From NCBI RefSeq assembly GCF_000372725.1, contig NW_005201392.1, positions 661,660 to 725,659 of the forward strand: 64,000 nucleotides of DNA, in the 5' to 3' direction. The DNA comes from Emiliania huxleyi CCMP1516 (Eukaryota). The position numbers were made by a program, and so were the translations under genes. The notes under the pieces are model-generated. The model had not been told where the DNA came from, searched no databases, and was given only the letters and a program-made list of their open reading frames with translations. Shown one piece after another: positions 23,027-34,400 of the stretch (its first letter is position 1; every line of letters begins with the position of its first letter).

Positions 23027-24934
23027 CTAGTTCAACTCGGCGAGCCGACGGTACGATTTGGTCGCCTCGTCCCCCCCCTCGATCGACACCGTCGCGGTGG
23101 TGTGCCCGGCGTCCGCCGCCGCCGACGCGAAGCGGCGCCCCGTCAGCGTGGCGATGTCGCGGGCTGGCGCCTCGGCCAAGCCGAGCCGCGAGAACTTGTA
23201 GGCGGTCTCGAATCGCGAGGCCATCAGGTAGTCCTCCCACGAGCCTTCGATAGCGCCCTCCGCCATCGCCGTGGTCGTGAGGTTCTGGCCGGGGAGGGGT
23301 GCCGGGTCGCGCGCGCCATCGACGGCGACGCCGCTGCCATCAAAGGACTGGCCGACGATTCCGTGCGGTGCCACGCGCAGGCTCCTCTCCGGGACGAGGA
23401 GGGAAAATTGCACGTCGAGACGGACCTGCCGGGGAGCCGGAAAAGGCTCGGCAGGGTGTGTTCGCGCGTGATGGGGTGGCACGAGAAGCCGCCGCCGCCT
23501 TTGGCCCGCTGATCCAGTCTGATCGCCGGTGGAACCAGTCCGGCACCGCCTTGGGCGCGATCGTGATGTTCCACTCGGGCAACGCAATCTTCACACTCGA
23601 GTAGTCGGACTGCAGCAGCGCCTCGCCGCACAGCTGCCGGTTCCGCGGCCCGTCCCTGCGGGGAGTGACCGCCCAGCCAATCAGCTTGAAGGGACGGCCG
23701 CCGCAAGTGCCGTTGGACCAGCCGATGAGACTGTCGGCGGAGATTTTCCACGCAAAATACGACAGCTGCAGCGGGCCCGCCGACGTGATGGCAAAAACGT
23801 GGGCCTCGGTCAGCCAGCTGCCATTCACCGTCGCGCCGTGCATCGCAAAGACGCCGTCCTAAAAGCAGGTTCCGGCAAGGCTCACGGAAGGTCTCCCCCC
23901 CCCCGAGAGGGTACGTAAAAGGGACTCCCGTCCTGAGTCATCAGGTTGACGCTCACATTGGCGGCGCTGAGGAAGTTCCAGAACTTGCCGTCCCGGCCTC
24001 GGAAATCAGCGACGCCCCCGTGCGCGAGGGTCAGGTGCGGGTCGCCGTGCACGCCAGCACCATCATCACAGTCAGCGTCGCCTTCCGAAAGCCGGCGGCG
24101 GCAGCCTCCAAAGTGCAGTGGGGCCATCACCGCAGCGCCGCCCGCATCCCTGAGGATGGGAATCGAGACCGCGATGCGCGGCTGCGACGCGCTGGCAGGG
24201 TGCTCGCTCACAGCGTGCGCGGACGCGGGCAGCCGACGACCCTCCTCGTCGACGCTGCGCCAAGTCAGCAGCGACCCCGTTCCTGGCCGCTCGGTTCGGC
24301 CGAGGGCGGGAAAGTGCACGGCGCTGGCCTCTGCCGTCAGGTAGATCATCGCGGACGCGTCCGGGACCCGGCCTGCGCCGGGCAGTGCGGCAGTCGCAGA
24401 GTCGCACAGCGGGAAGGGGATGGCGCTCTACTACAGTTACCCCCACCCACTCGCCCTCCTCCAGTTCGGACGGGCATGGCTGCCGTCCCCGCGCTACTCA
24501 TCTACCCTTGCGCCGTCGGGAAGGTGGTCGACGTGCAACGGCGTCGCCGTGGCGCCTGGGCGATAGCGGACCAGAGGTAGAGTCTCGAGGCTGGTGGAAG
24601 ACCCGGTGAGCATTGCGAGCCGCCCGAGCACTCCTGCCGCCACCGGGTCTTGGCCGACGTCGACGTGGGCGCACTCCTTGGCCAGTACAGCTGTGGCTGC
24701 CTCTGCCCTGCAAGAGCACGGGAGCCAGTCAGCCTCTGGCACGGCAGAAGCGCGCTGTTGAAGATCGAGGAGCTCTTGCGGCTGAAGAAAGTGGTGGTGC
24801 AGCTCGAGGTCCACTGCAGAGCTGGAGTCGAGCTGCGTGCCGACATCGCCACTGGCGCTGCACTGCCTGCTCCCACCGTCTGAGGACGCGGCGAGCAGCG
24901 AGCCAGTCTGCGCGAGGTTCAAGATCGGCAGCAT
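23027..24934 (-). CDS. Prolyl-4-hydroxylase-like 2OG-Fe(II) dioxygenase fused to a GDPH (VWD-like) domain
   Basis: LPLVRYRPG..PLHVD (HxD), AMIYLT..VHFPALG..PGTGSLLTW and SAHAV (distal His) give a P4H-like fold. Then RRRLS, VHGDPHLTLAHGGVADFRGRDGKFWNFLSAANVSVN, PHGIVGQSFD and AEGAIEGSWEDY. Confidence 0.7.
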
Positions 24935-25269
24935 TAGGGATCGAATGGACGACGTGGCGGTTGGGACGGCGGAGCCAGAGGGGGGCGGTGGCAACGGGTT
25001 AAGTTTTCGGGCGGCGGCGGGGTCGGAGTTACTTTTCGGCGGCACGTAAAAGTTCGACTCGGTGGACAGCCCCGTCTTCTGAAAATATCACTATCGAAGA
25101 TACAAAAGACGGAGAGCAACGAGCGCCCTGGCGTGAGCCAAACAAAGATACTCCCTCCCCGTCTGTACTGTAGACACTGATCACACACACACGGGCGGGT
25201 GGGACAGGCAGGGTGTGGGTCCTCACAGAGAGAGGGAGACAGACAGAAAGAGAGAGAGAGGAAGAGACC

Positions 25270-26074
25270 CGATGACAGTCCCGTCAGTCGTGAGGGCGAG
25301 CCATCCGTCAAAAAGGCAAACACGAGGCTCCACCATCGCCTCCAGCCGCTTCGACCCAGGCTGAAAGCTCGCAATCTGGGCAAGGACAGCGCTGGCGTAG
25401 CCGGCGCTGCCCGGCGTCTGCGCAACAGCAAGAGCGACAGGCTGCTCTTTTCCCTGCACACTCTTCAGTCTCCGACCATACGCGGTGCGCTGTGCGTTTG
25501 TTGAGAGGGCCGCAACCTCGGCTGGACTTGCATATGGCGTCATCTCCCTGACGCTCGACCCACATCTGCTGCAGGTAGTGGCCGAGTTGCGGTTGACAGC
25601 GTCTCTGCAATGCCGACATAGCCACCACTCCGCCCGCAGCTGCGGCATCGTGCGCCATTCGGCGGCCGACGGTGTCTGACCGCGCTGCACTCGCATCTGC
25701 AAAGACACCGCCGCAAATGCCGCCGGACCTGCATCCGGAAGAGCCAGGATTCCGGCTGCCGCCGATGCTCCATCCCCCGCAACGAGCGTGCGATGCTGCA
25801 TCACTGCGCCAAGAGGCGCAGCAACCTCGACCCGGGTGTTGCTCGAGCCCGCAACGCCCACGGGGCGAATGCTATTGCCTGGCCCTATCGCCAAACGGCT
25901 CTGCTCCTCCTCTTGTCTGGCAGCAAACGCAAGCTGCGGCACAGGCCGCGTTGGCGCCGAGGAGGCGGCAAGCCTCAACGCGCCTACCCGTGGCATACCG
26001 CCGGATCGGGCCAAGACTAAGGCTGCAGGCGTCGGCCCCGGGTGCTGCGAGGGCCCTCCCGTTGAGGTGTCCAT
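25270..26074 (-). CDS. ORF with a RanBP2-type zinc finger, probably transposon-associated
   Basis: WLCRHCRDAVNRNSATTCSRCG fits W-x-C-x2-C-x4-N-x6-C-x2-C. It lies just inside a CAGGGTTGCCAG-type terminus at 26229, and its 5' part is duplicated at ~27703-27985. Confidence 0.45.
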
Positions 26075-26718
26075 CTTATGTGCAGTGGGGCTAACACTGT
26101 AGCGCGTCGGCAGGATCCCCAAAACCGTCGTAAACCCCCCAAAATTGAAGTCGACCGCCCAAAACTGTCCCCCCCCGCAAACTTTAACCCTCCATAAACA
26201 TCATTTTGCAGGGGCACCTGGCAACCCTGTCTGCACGTCTCGCGCGCGCGTGAACAGGGCATAGGAACGAGTGTATCGCTTTGACGGATCGACCGTGCTT
26301 GTTATCCACATCGATGTGACGCACACAGTGACACATCAGACGACACATATTCTCCCACCCGCCGGGACGCAAAACGCTCTCGACGAGGGCCACAAGAAGG
26401 CGTCCACACAGCAAGCCGCTCGTCGGACAGGCGTGCTCGCTCGATGCCGGCGAGCGCATTGCGCACGCTTTGGACGGTGGCGAAGCCAAAAACACCGATG
26501 GTGGCCGTCCGCTGGCGTGAGCGGCGGCGGTCGAGACCTCACCCTTCGCGCCGACGACCCAACCTTACGCGGAACAACCCAACCCAGGCCCAACAACCCA
26601 ACCCAACCCAAAAAGCACGATTCTCCTGTTGGGCCCTCAGTTATGCCCGCATCAAGCGCCAGTTCAGAGTCGTCCAGAGTCGTGGCACACACGCCGTGGC
26701 AGGCCGTGTAGCCACTGA

Positions 26719-26988
26719 GATGGCCTTATGACGACCCCGTTTCGGCATCGTCCCCAAGGCCTCTGCTCATGAGCTCCACGCGGGAATGACTGGCTCAACC
26801 AACTGATCACAAATTCCCACGATATCTCACAAAGCGCCAAAATTCTTCCTCGTGACAGCATAATTCGACGACTCTGATGTTGCAGAGAGAATTTGTGATC
26901 AGTTGGTTCAGCCAATCATTCCCGCATGCGGAGCTCATGAGCAGAGGCCTTAGGGACGATGTCGAAACGGGGTCGTCATAAGGCCATC
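26719..26988. mobile_element. 270 bp foldback MITE with ~100 bp TIRs and a 3 bp TGA target-site duplication
   Basis: GATGGCCTTATGACGACCCCGTTTCG...TGATCACAAATT is mirrored at 26889-26988. TGA flanks both sides (26716-18 and 26989-91). Confidence 0.8.
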
Positions 26989-27702
26989 TGAGCAACCACG
27001 CCGTCCGCCGTCGCAGCACAATCGCCAGGGTGGCGAGCGCCGCACACAGCACTGCTCGTGCCGGTCAAGAGAGACGCGCCTTTCCTCTCGCACCCCGTCT
27101 GTTTTCCTTCCTTTTTTCTCTACAGCACCCTCTCTTTTCCTCTCTATTTTCCCGGGAAAACTCCGTGGAAATCGTCAAATTTTGGGCTCTGAGCCGAGTC
27201 TGAGCACTGAGCTCTGAGGCTGGTTTGGGCCCAAAATCAGCCAAATTTTAAGGCCAAATCGTCAAAATGCCGGGAATTTTGCGGAGAACCCGCCGTGTAG
27301 ACCTGGAAATTACCCTGCGACCGCCTGGGTATTTTGTCGATTCCTCAATTTTGCCTCAGATTTTGCCCCAGACGCCAGACCAGCTCTCAGACTCAGGGAA
27401 ACTCGCGAGTTTCCAGAATGACAAAACTCCAGAATGTAGCACCAAACAAAACCAACAACACAAACACCCTCTGTTTTCCCTGGAAATTTCCGGAAACGCA
27501 AAGACCAAAGTGCTGGGGACCCTCTGTTTTCCTTTTTGTTTGCCGGAAAACCTCGCCCCACCTGTGCCCCTCTGATCGTCCTTCCAAAATCCTGCTCGTG
27601 CAGGTGTGGACCCTGTCCTCCTCCCCCATCCCTCGTTTGGATTGTCTGTTTTCTTTCTTTCTTTCTGACAAGTCTGCACGTCTCGCGCGCGCGTGAACAG
27701 GG

Positions 27703-27985
27703 CAGCTGCGGCACAGGCCGCGTTGGCGCCGAGGAGGCGGCAAGCCTCAACGCGCCTACCCGTGGCATACCGCCGGATCGGGCCAAGACTAAGGCTGCAG
27801 GCGTCGGCCCCGGGTGCTGCGAGGGCCCTCCCGTTGAGGTGTCCATCTTATGTGCAGTGGGGCTAACACTGTAGCGCGTCGGCAGGATCCCCAAAACCGT
27901 CGTAAACCCCCCAAAATTGAAGTCGACCGCCCAAAGCTGTCCCCCCCCGCAAACTTTAACCCTCCATAAACATCATTTTGCAGGG
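27703..27985 (+). repeat. Direct repeat of 25932-26214
   Basis: Near-identical ~280 bp from AGCTGCGGCACAGGCC to CATTTTGCAGGGG. Confidence 0.9.
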
Positions 27986-29420
27986 GCCACCCGGCAGTAC
28001 AACGAGGGGTACAAGGTCGAAAGTGCATCGGTGTCGACGACCACAACGGGCATCCCAATCCAGTTGCTTTCCTTGTCAATAACTCGGAACTTGGAGACAG
28101 CAAGCACACTTTCGCGCTCAACGTCTGGCACCTTGTCCAGGGTGAGCCTCTGCGACTGTGACAAACCGTTGCCATCTTGCGACACTGACTCCACCGCTTC
28201 CGGCGGAAACCAAGCTGCCTCCGAGTCGTCAAACTGGACGCGCAAGCTATTGGTCCGACCAGAGTCTACTTTGACAATCTGCCCTCGTCGGCCTTTGTAA
28301 GGACCGGGGTAGCTCTCGAGCACACAAACTGCATCGCCGACTATCATTGCTGCTGCAGTTACTACGGGCAGCTAGAAGAAAACTACCGAATTTGGTTTCA
28401 GTATATTCGGACACGGCGAGACGTAAAAGGAAACAAGACAAGTGTCGCAAGAAGTCAACGTCATCAGGACAACAACACGACATGTACATGTACTTAGCAG
28501 GCGCTCAACGCCTTCTGCCCGATCATACGCCAGGAGCTCCAACAGCCGGAGACAAAGTTTATTGTGTTGACATACACCACAGGAGGCCCTCAGCTGTACC
28601 AATGCCCTTGTTCATCTACCTAAGGTACCAACGCAAGAGAGCGGCTTGCTCCAAGCGCCTCCCAAATTGTCGCGATAGACGAACGGCCAAAAACGGTTCA
28701 AGCAAAGCAGCGACTCACGGGCGGTGATCAGATCCCTCGCGAGAGATTATTATTGCAGTGCGGATGACTCGAAGCGCCCAGGCGGACCTGGCTAGCCAGG
28801 CTGAGCCCCTCGCAACCGACCCTCGACCACCCGCTCACGATTATGAGGCGAAAACCGGCTATCAGCGGCAACTGACAGACCGCACGCATGTTAGCTCTCC
28901 AAAACCTGTCATTGCCATCATCTGCAGATCCGCCGCGTAGTCTGGATCAAGGCATGCCCAACCCTCCTGCATCAGCTTGTCGTCTAGGGCCATAGCGCGC
29001 CTTGCGTTCTCTGAAGACAGCGTCTTGGCAACAGTCTCGCACACCGTGCGGAACAACGGACGAAGGTCCACCGCCGAGCCAGCGTGCATGCGCGCGTGGC
29101 TATGCAACTCTTGAACGAGGCCCTTGAGAGATGTCTTGACATACGGAACCTCGGCACCACTCATGTCGTACGTCATGCCCGTCACGAAGTTGCGGCCCAA
29201 GTGAGCACCTGCGTCGACCGCACGCTCTACAAGAGTGCGCAATCTGAGCAAACTCCCCTAGTCACCCGCGGCCGGACTCCATCCATCCGGCACGCGTCGC
29301 TGGGCGCTCAGAGCCGCGTCCCCTGCTCGCCACCCCGACGCCCAAGGCGCCCGAGTCGAACAACAGGCGGCACGCGAAGACTCGTACCACGCGGTATCAA
29401 GTGCTCAAGTGCTCAAGTGC

Positions 29421-30980
29421 TCAAGTGAAGGCAAGGCCGCGTTGAAAGCAGTTTACCCGAGATGTGGTTTCTCGGGCGGCGAGCCGGGAGACTAGCCCCT
29501 GAGCAGCGGGCGGGAGGTGGACTTCCTCTGGGACGACGCCGACCTGCCGGCAGCGCGTTGCGAACTCCGTCCATCGCGCTCGCGAGACGCAGTCAGCGAG
29601 GGGGTTGGCGTCCCCGTAGAGATGCGCCACGATGACGCGCGGCGCGAGCTCCTGGTACCAGGGCTGGGCGAGTAGCCACTGGTAGGCCGAGACCATCAGG
29701 GGGTTCTTCTGTGACTCCGCCGGCAGCGTGCGCGCGGTCGTGAGGGCGTCCGTGCGCAGAACCACGTACGCATTGCGGTTCGCCTTCAGCGCGCGGAGGA
29801 GCGTGGGCGCAAAGACAAGGAGGTAGGCTTCCGCCTCCAGCAGGGCCAGCTTCGGGATCAGGGCCTGCTCAGCGCGCGTGGCGGACACGTGGAAGGGGAC
29901 GCGAGCCCTGCCGGTCCCGCCCCCCGGCAGAAGGAGGGCAGTGATGTTGCTGACTCGCTCGAGCGCCTCCTCCCCCGAAGGCCGTGGGGAGAGGAAAAGC
30001 CTGAAGAGGTTCGGGGCCAGCGGGGCCGCATGGTGGTAGCGGCGCTCCTCGACGAGCCGCGCCTTCTCCCCGCCCTCGCGGTAGGCGAGCGCGTCGCGCA
30101 GAGCGTCGAGGCAAAGGCGAGGCGTAAGGGGGTCGTCGCGAAGCGCCGCCGGCAGCCCGCCGCCGAGCTCGTCCAAGTACTCTCCCAGGTGTTGCGCGAG
30201 GACAGAGTTGTCCATGCTCTGGCCCGGTTCCAACAGGGAGAAGCGCGTCGCGATAGCTGGGCGGAGGAGGCGTCCGGCAGAGCGGACATCCCCGCTGGCC
30301 AAGTTGCGCCTATCTTGCCGGTGGCACGCCCCAAGCAGGCGCAGGACCGAGACGAGGCGTTTCCACGGGAGGGTCGCGCCCGGGTCTTCCAGTAGCCCCA
30401 CGGTGGCGTGAAGGAAGAAGTCAGCCTCGGCGTGCAGAGCCGCGCGCGCCGGCACCGGCGCTCGCGCAGGGCGCGCAGGGGCGGCGCTCCGCCCGCCCCC
30501 GGGCCGGCGCGCCGGCACCGCCGCTTGGCCTGCGACGGCGGCTTGGGCGGCGGTCCCCTCCACCGGGAGAAGGTCGCCCGGGCCAATCTCAAGGGGGGAG
30601 AGATCGGCGATCTCGATCGCGGCGAGCACGTCCAGGAGGTCGTCGCTCGAGGGGAGGGGGGCGGCGAAGAGGCCCGCCTCACCGAGGGTCTCCAGCACTC
30701 GCGACCAGGCTGAGCCGGTCAGCGCGAACGTCAACGGGCAAAGAGCGAGAAACTGCGGGTGGCCCGGGTGCTGCTGGCCCGCGGCGCCCTGGCGGCAGCG
30801 CGCGAGAAGGGGGGCCGCGGCGGCGCAAGGGGCCGCCTTGCGCGGCATCCCGTCGGAGCCGGCGGTGGTCGCCGTCCACCCCAAGAACTCGGTGGCCTCA
30901 AGAAGCGGGGAGCTCTCGGGCATGATCAAAAGCATGGTGGATCCCGTCGGGTCCACCTCGGCGTCAAAAGAGTCGGCCAT
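29421..30980 (-). mobile_element. Internally deleted DIRS/Ngaro-like retrotransposon remnant (ORF1-like region fused to RNase H C-terminal half)
   Basis: VVLRTDALTTA..SQKNPLM..VIVAHLYGDANPLADCVSR matches the DIRS-type RNase H pattern (D..H.G..N..AD.SR). No RT or tyrosine recombinase is present. (TCAAGTGC)n lies at the 3' side. Confidence 0.6.
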
Positions 30981-31466
30981 CGTGGCCTTCGGAAGGGCGA
31001 AGAGGGCGACTCCGAGCGCGCTTCAACTCTTCCTCCTCGTTCCCAAGTTCGACGAGGAGAGAGGGAGCGCGCACAGACTGACGTCAGCTCTGCTCCTGAA
31101 GGACACCTCTGAAAGACACCTTCAGAGGTGTGGTGCACCTCTGAGGCACCTCAGAGGAAACGCTGCACTTCTTTTACCGATCTCGTCGCCAGACTCCGAT
31201 TTCTCTTTGTCGGGCCATGTGCCGCTCGCTCGTCCGCCCAAGTGACTCGGACGCGCGGTCGAGGGCACCCCACCGTTCCTGGGGCGCGCTGGCGCTCGCC
31301 CGCAATCGCCCCCCACCCATCCACCCTTTTGTCTTTGAGGCTGTCGCTCCGAGAAAACTTGTCTCGCAGCTGCGAGAAATTACCATCTCGAGTTCCGACT
31401 GTGGCTGCCGATGTGGGCGGCTGGTCTTTAACCTTGCCCTGCTCTGGCCTTGCAAAAAAGCAAATC

Positions 31467-34400
31467 ATGGTGTCGTCGCTGCTACTGCCGACGCTCGCTG
31501 CTGGTGGTGTTGACGTGAACGTCGCCGCTCTTTTCATGCTCTCGTACAAAGCGGTGTCGACCGCCGAGAGCTGCGCTGGCGTGGGCAACTGGCGGAATGG
31601 CACGTGCTGGGAGATTGAGCCGATGCAAGCTGTAGTCGTCAGCGCGCTACTCGGAGTGACGGACTTCAATTCGCGAAACGCAAGTGCTCTCCCCGCGCTT
31701 AGATCTTTGACGGCTTGCGACAAGCAGCTCCGATTTCGGCTGCTCGACAGCGGCGGCTCGGTCTCAAAGTCAATCCTCGCGCTGGGAGACCTTTCCGCTG
31801 GCACCGACCTCGTCATCGGACCCGGCCGCAGTTCCGTCTCAACCACCATAGCGCGCATGACCGGGGCTCACAACATCCCTCAAATCTCGTACTGGTCCAC
31901 ATCGCCCGATCTTGACAACATCGCTCGCTACCCGCGATTCATGAGGACCATTCCCTCCGACCTTAGTACTGCGTCGAGCCTCTGCAACTTGTGGAAGTAT
32001 GAGCTCGGGCTTTCAAACGTGGCCGTGCTCTTCGTAAATGATCCGTACGGCCGCGCCTACGAGGAAGCAGCGAAGGCCGCTTGCCTGACCCTCGGGTTGA
32101 CGTTTGTCAGCAGGGAGTTCTCCAACTCCAATGAGGATTCAATCCGCGAGGAGTCGATCCGTTCTGCGGCCATCAGCCTATCCAGCAGTGGCGCCAAGGC
32201 GGTGCTAGTCATCACTTTCCCAACGAGCCTTGGCCTGATTGTAGAGGCCGCGCTGGTCACCGGCCTGCTCAGACCTGGCACCTCCTTTATGTTTGCAGAC
32301 GGTGTCACCGCGGCGGAGTTGGACATGGTACACGGAGAGGGGCGGGCCGCGCTGAACGGTAGCCTGCAGATCAAGGCGTGCGGCGCGACCGACGACAATC
32401 CGCAGTGGGCGAGGTTTGACGACGAGCGATGGGCGACACTTCAGCCCGGAGACTTCAACGAGCACCTGCCTGCCGACTGGCAGCTGCGCGACAACTTTTT
32501 TCGCGATCCGCTATCGAGAGGCTGGCTGCCATCCGGCGGCTCGTTTGCTTACGACGCTGTCGTGGCGGCGGGGTTGCTATCGTGCAACGTGACCCCGACG
32601 GGCCCGCTTTCGTCGTCATTTGGCACGCGGTTCTGGGAGTCCAAGCAGACGCTGTCGTTCGAAGGCCTCTCGGGGCGCGTGGAGTTCGACGAGAAGGGCG
32701 ACAGGAGTGGTGCCAATGTGCACCTGTTCAACCTGGTCGACCAGGGTGGCTTCTCCGAGAAGTACGTGGCGCGACTCAGCAGCGGCGAGTGGGTCTGGGA
32801 GGGCGGTTCGCGCGAGAGCAGCGGCGTGATATACAACTTTGGCTTGGAGAAACCGCCTTTCGAAGCGCCGCCTCCGCCACCGCCGCTCCGTCCCCCGCCT
32901 TTTGAACCGGCACGGTACAACCACGAGGGCAGGTGCGGCCCGGGATACCCGGGTCTCGCTGGCAACGCGATCGGCGAGTGCGACCCGGAGAGCGACCTCT
33001 ACTGCTGCTCTCCCTTTGGGTACTGCGGCAGAACGGAGGAACACTGCAAGTGCGCCGACTGCATCGACTACCGCCCGTGCGAGGCGGCGTGCGCAGAGGG
33101 CGCGTGCTCGACGCCTCCGTTCGGGTACTCACGCCCGTGCCGCCCTAGTGACGAGCCTCCCAAGGCGCGCCTGCCAGCCCCTGCGCACGAGCCTCTCCTT
33201 TCCCAATCACCATATCCCGTCACTTCCGCAGGCGACCGTCGCTGTGACGGTGGACTTCGAGTGCGGTGGCGGCACCGCGGCAGCCATCGCTAATCTCACG
33301 GAGGAGCTCGAGTTCATGGTTGGGCGGAGCCAGTTACTGCCGCTAGCTCGCCCGATGATCGCCACGGTGCACGTAATGCCACGCGACGCCTTCACTCAGT
33401 GCGCTGTGCAGGCCGCGGCCGCCACCACCGCGCTCGCTCCCCTCCCTTTCCTTCGCTGCGTCTCAGCGAGCGCCGGCTGCGAGGCGATCACCCTGGGCGA
33501 GGACGCCACTGACGCATGCGAGCCCGAGATTTTCGGCATCGACGGCGACATGCTTCGCCGATGCGTCACGGAGGCGGGCGTGCGCCGACGGATGCACGAT
33601 GCGCCACCGGCTGCTGGCTTGAGCAGCACCAGCGAGTGCGCAGTCTCGGTCAACACGAGCGGCGTGCGCATCGTGCCTCCGTCGGCGCTCAAGGAGCTTG
33701 TGATCAACGACGTAGACATTCGCTACATCGGCTCGGTGGCCGTCGACTGCTGCGGCGGCGCGTGCAACGTGACGGATTGGGCGTGCGAGGCGTACACGCA
33801 CACGGAGAGGGTGGAGCGCAACTGTACATACACGAAGCTGGTGAACCAGCCCTGCTCCTCGGCCCGCGAGTGCAACTCCGAGTGTTGCGCCCGCGGCTTC
33901 TGCGCTGTGCCGCCGCCCGTCTCCAGCGGGCGCACTTGCCGCGACCCCAACGCGGTCCCCGGCGCGATCAACCTCGACGGTCCCATCCTCCGGCTGAGCG
34001 TGTTTGACGGCCCGGATGGGAGGCAGCTCCGCATTCCCTGCGGGCCCCGCTGCTTGAGTGGCGAGTGGTGCACGGAAAATGAGACGCAGGTGACGCGGTG
34101 CAATGACGGCGAGTGCTGCGGAGCCGACGGCTACTGCGGCGGAGGCAGCTCGTCGCTCGACCTCGAGACCGGCATGTACAAGAACGCGCTCGGCATCGGC
34201 AGGCACTCCGCTGTCCTCGCAGCCGCGTGCCACGAAAACAACGGCGATTGGCGCTATGTCGAGTGCCCACATGCGGACGAGCTTGAGCACGTTGAGCACG
34301 TGCACGTGAGGGTGTCCATCTTGATCCCCGCGCTCGTCGCGCCTCTGGCATGCGTGGCGCTGATGCTGAGCGTCGCCGCCATGTGCATGAGGCTGTCGCG

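Noticed and set aside
27973..29251. Two coding-like minus-strand ORFs (a KOW/SH3-like stretch and a 129 aa ORF)
   Set aside because: Fragmentary, bounded by repeats, with no supportable gene model or family.
31128..33293. Stand-alone class C GPCR
   Set aside because: No 7TM region follows. A phase-compatible GC-AG intron (33165-33231) links it to the single-TM PLC exon.
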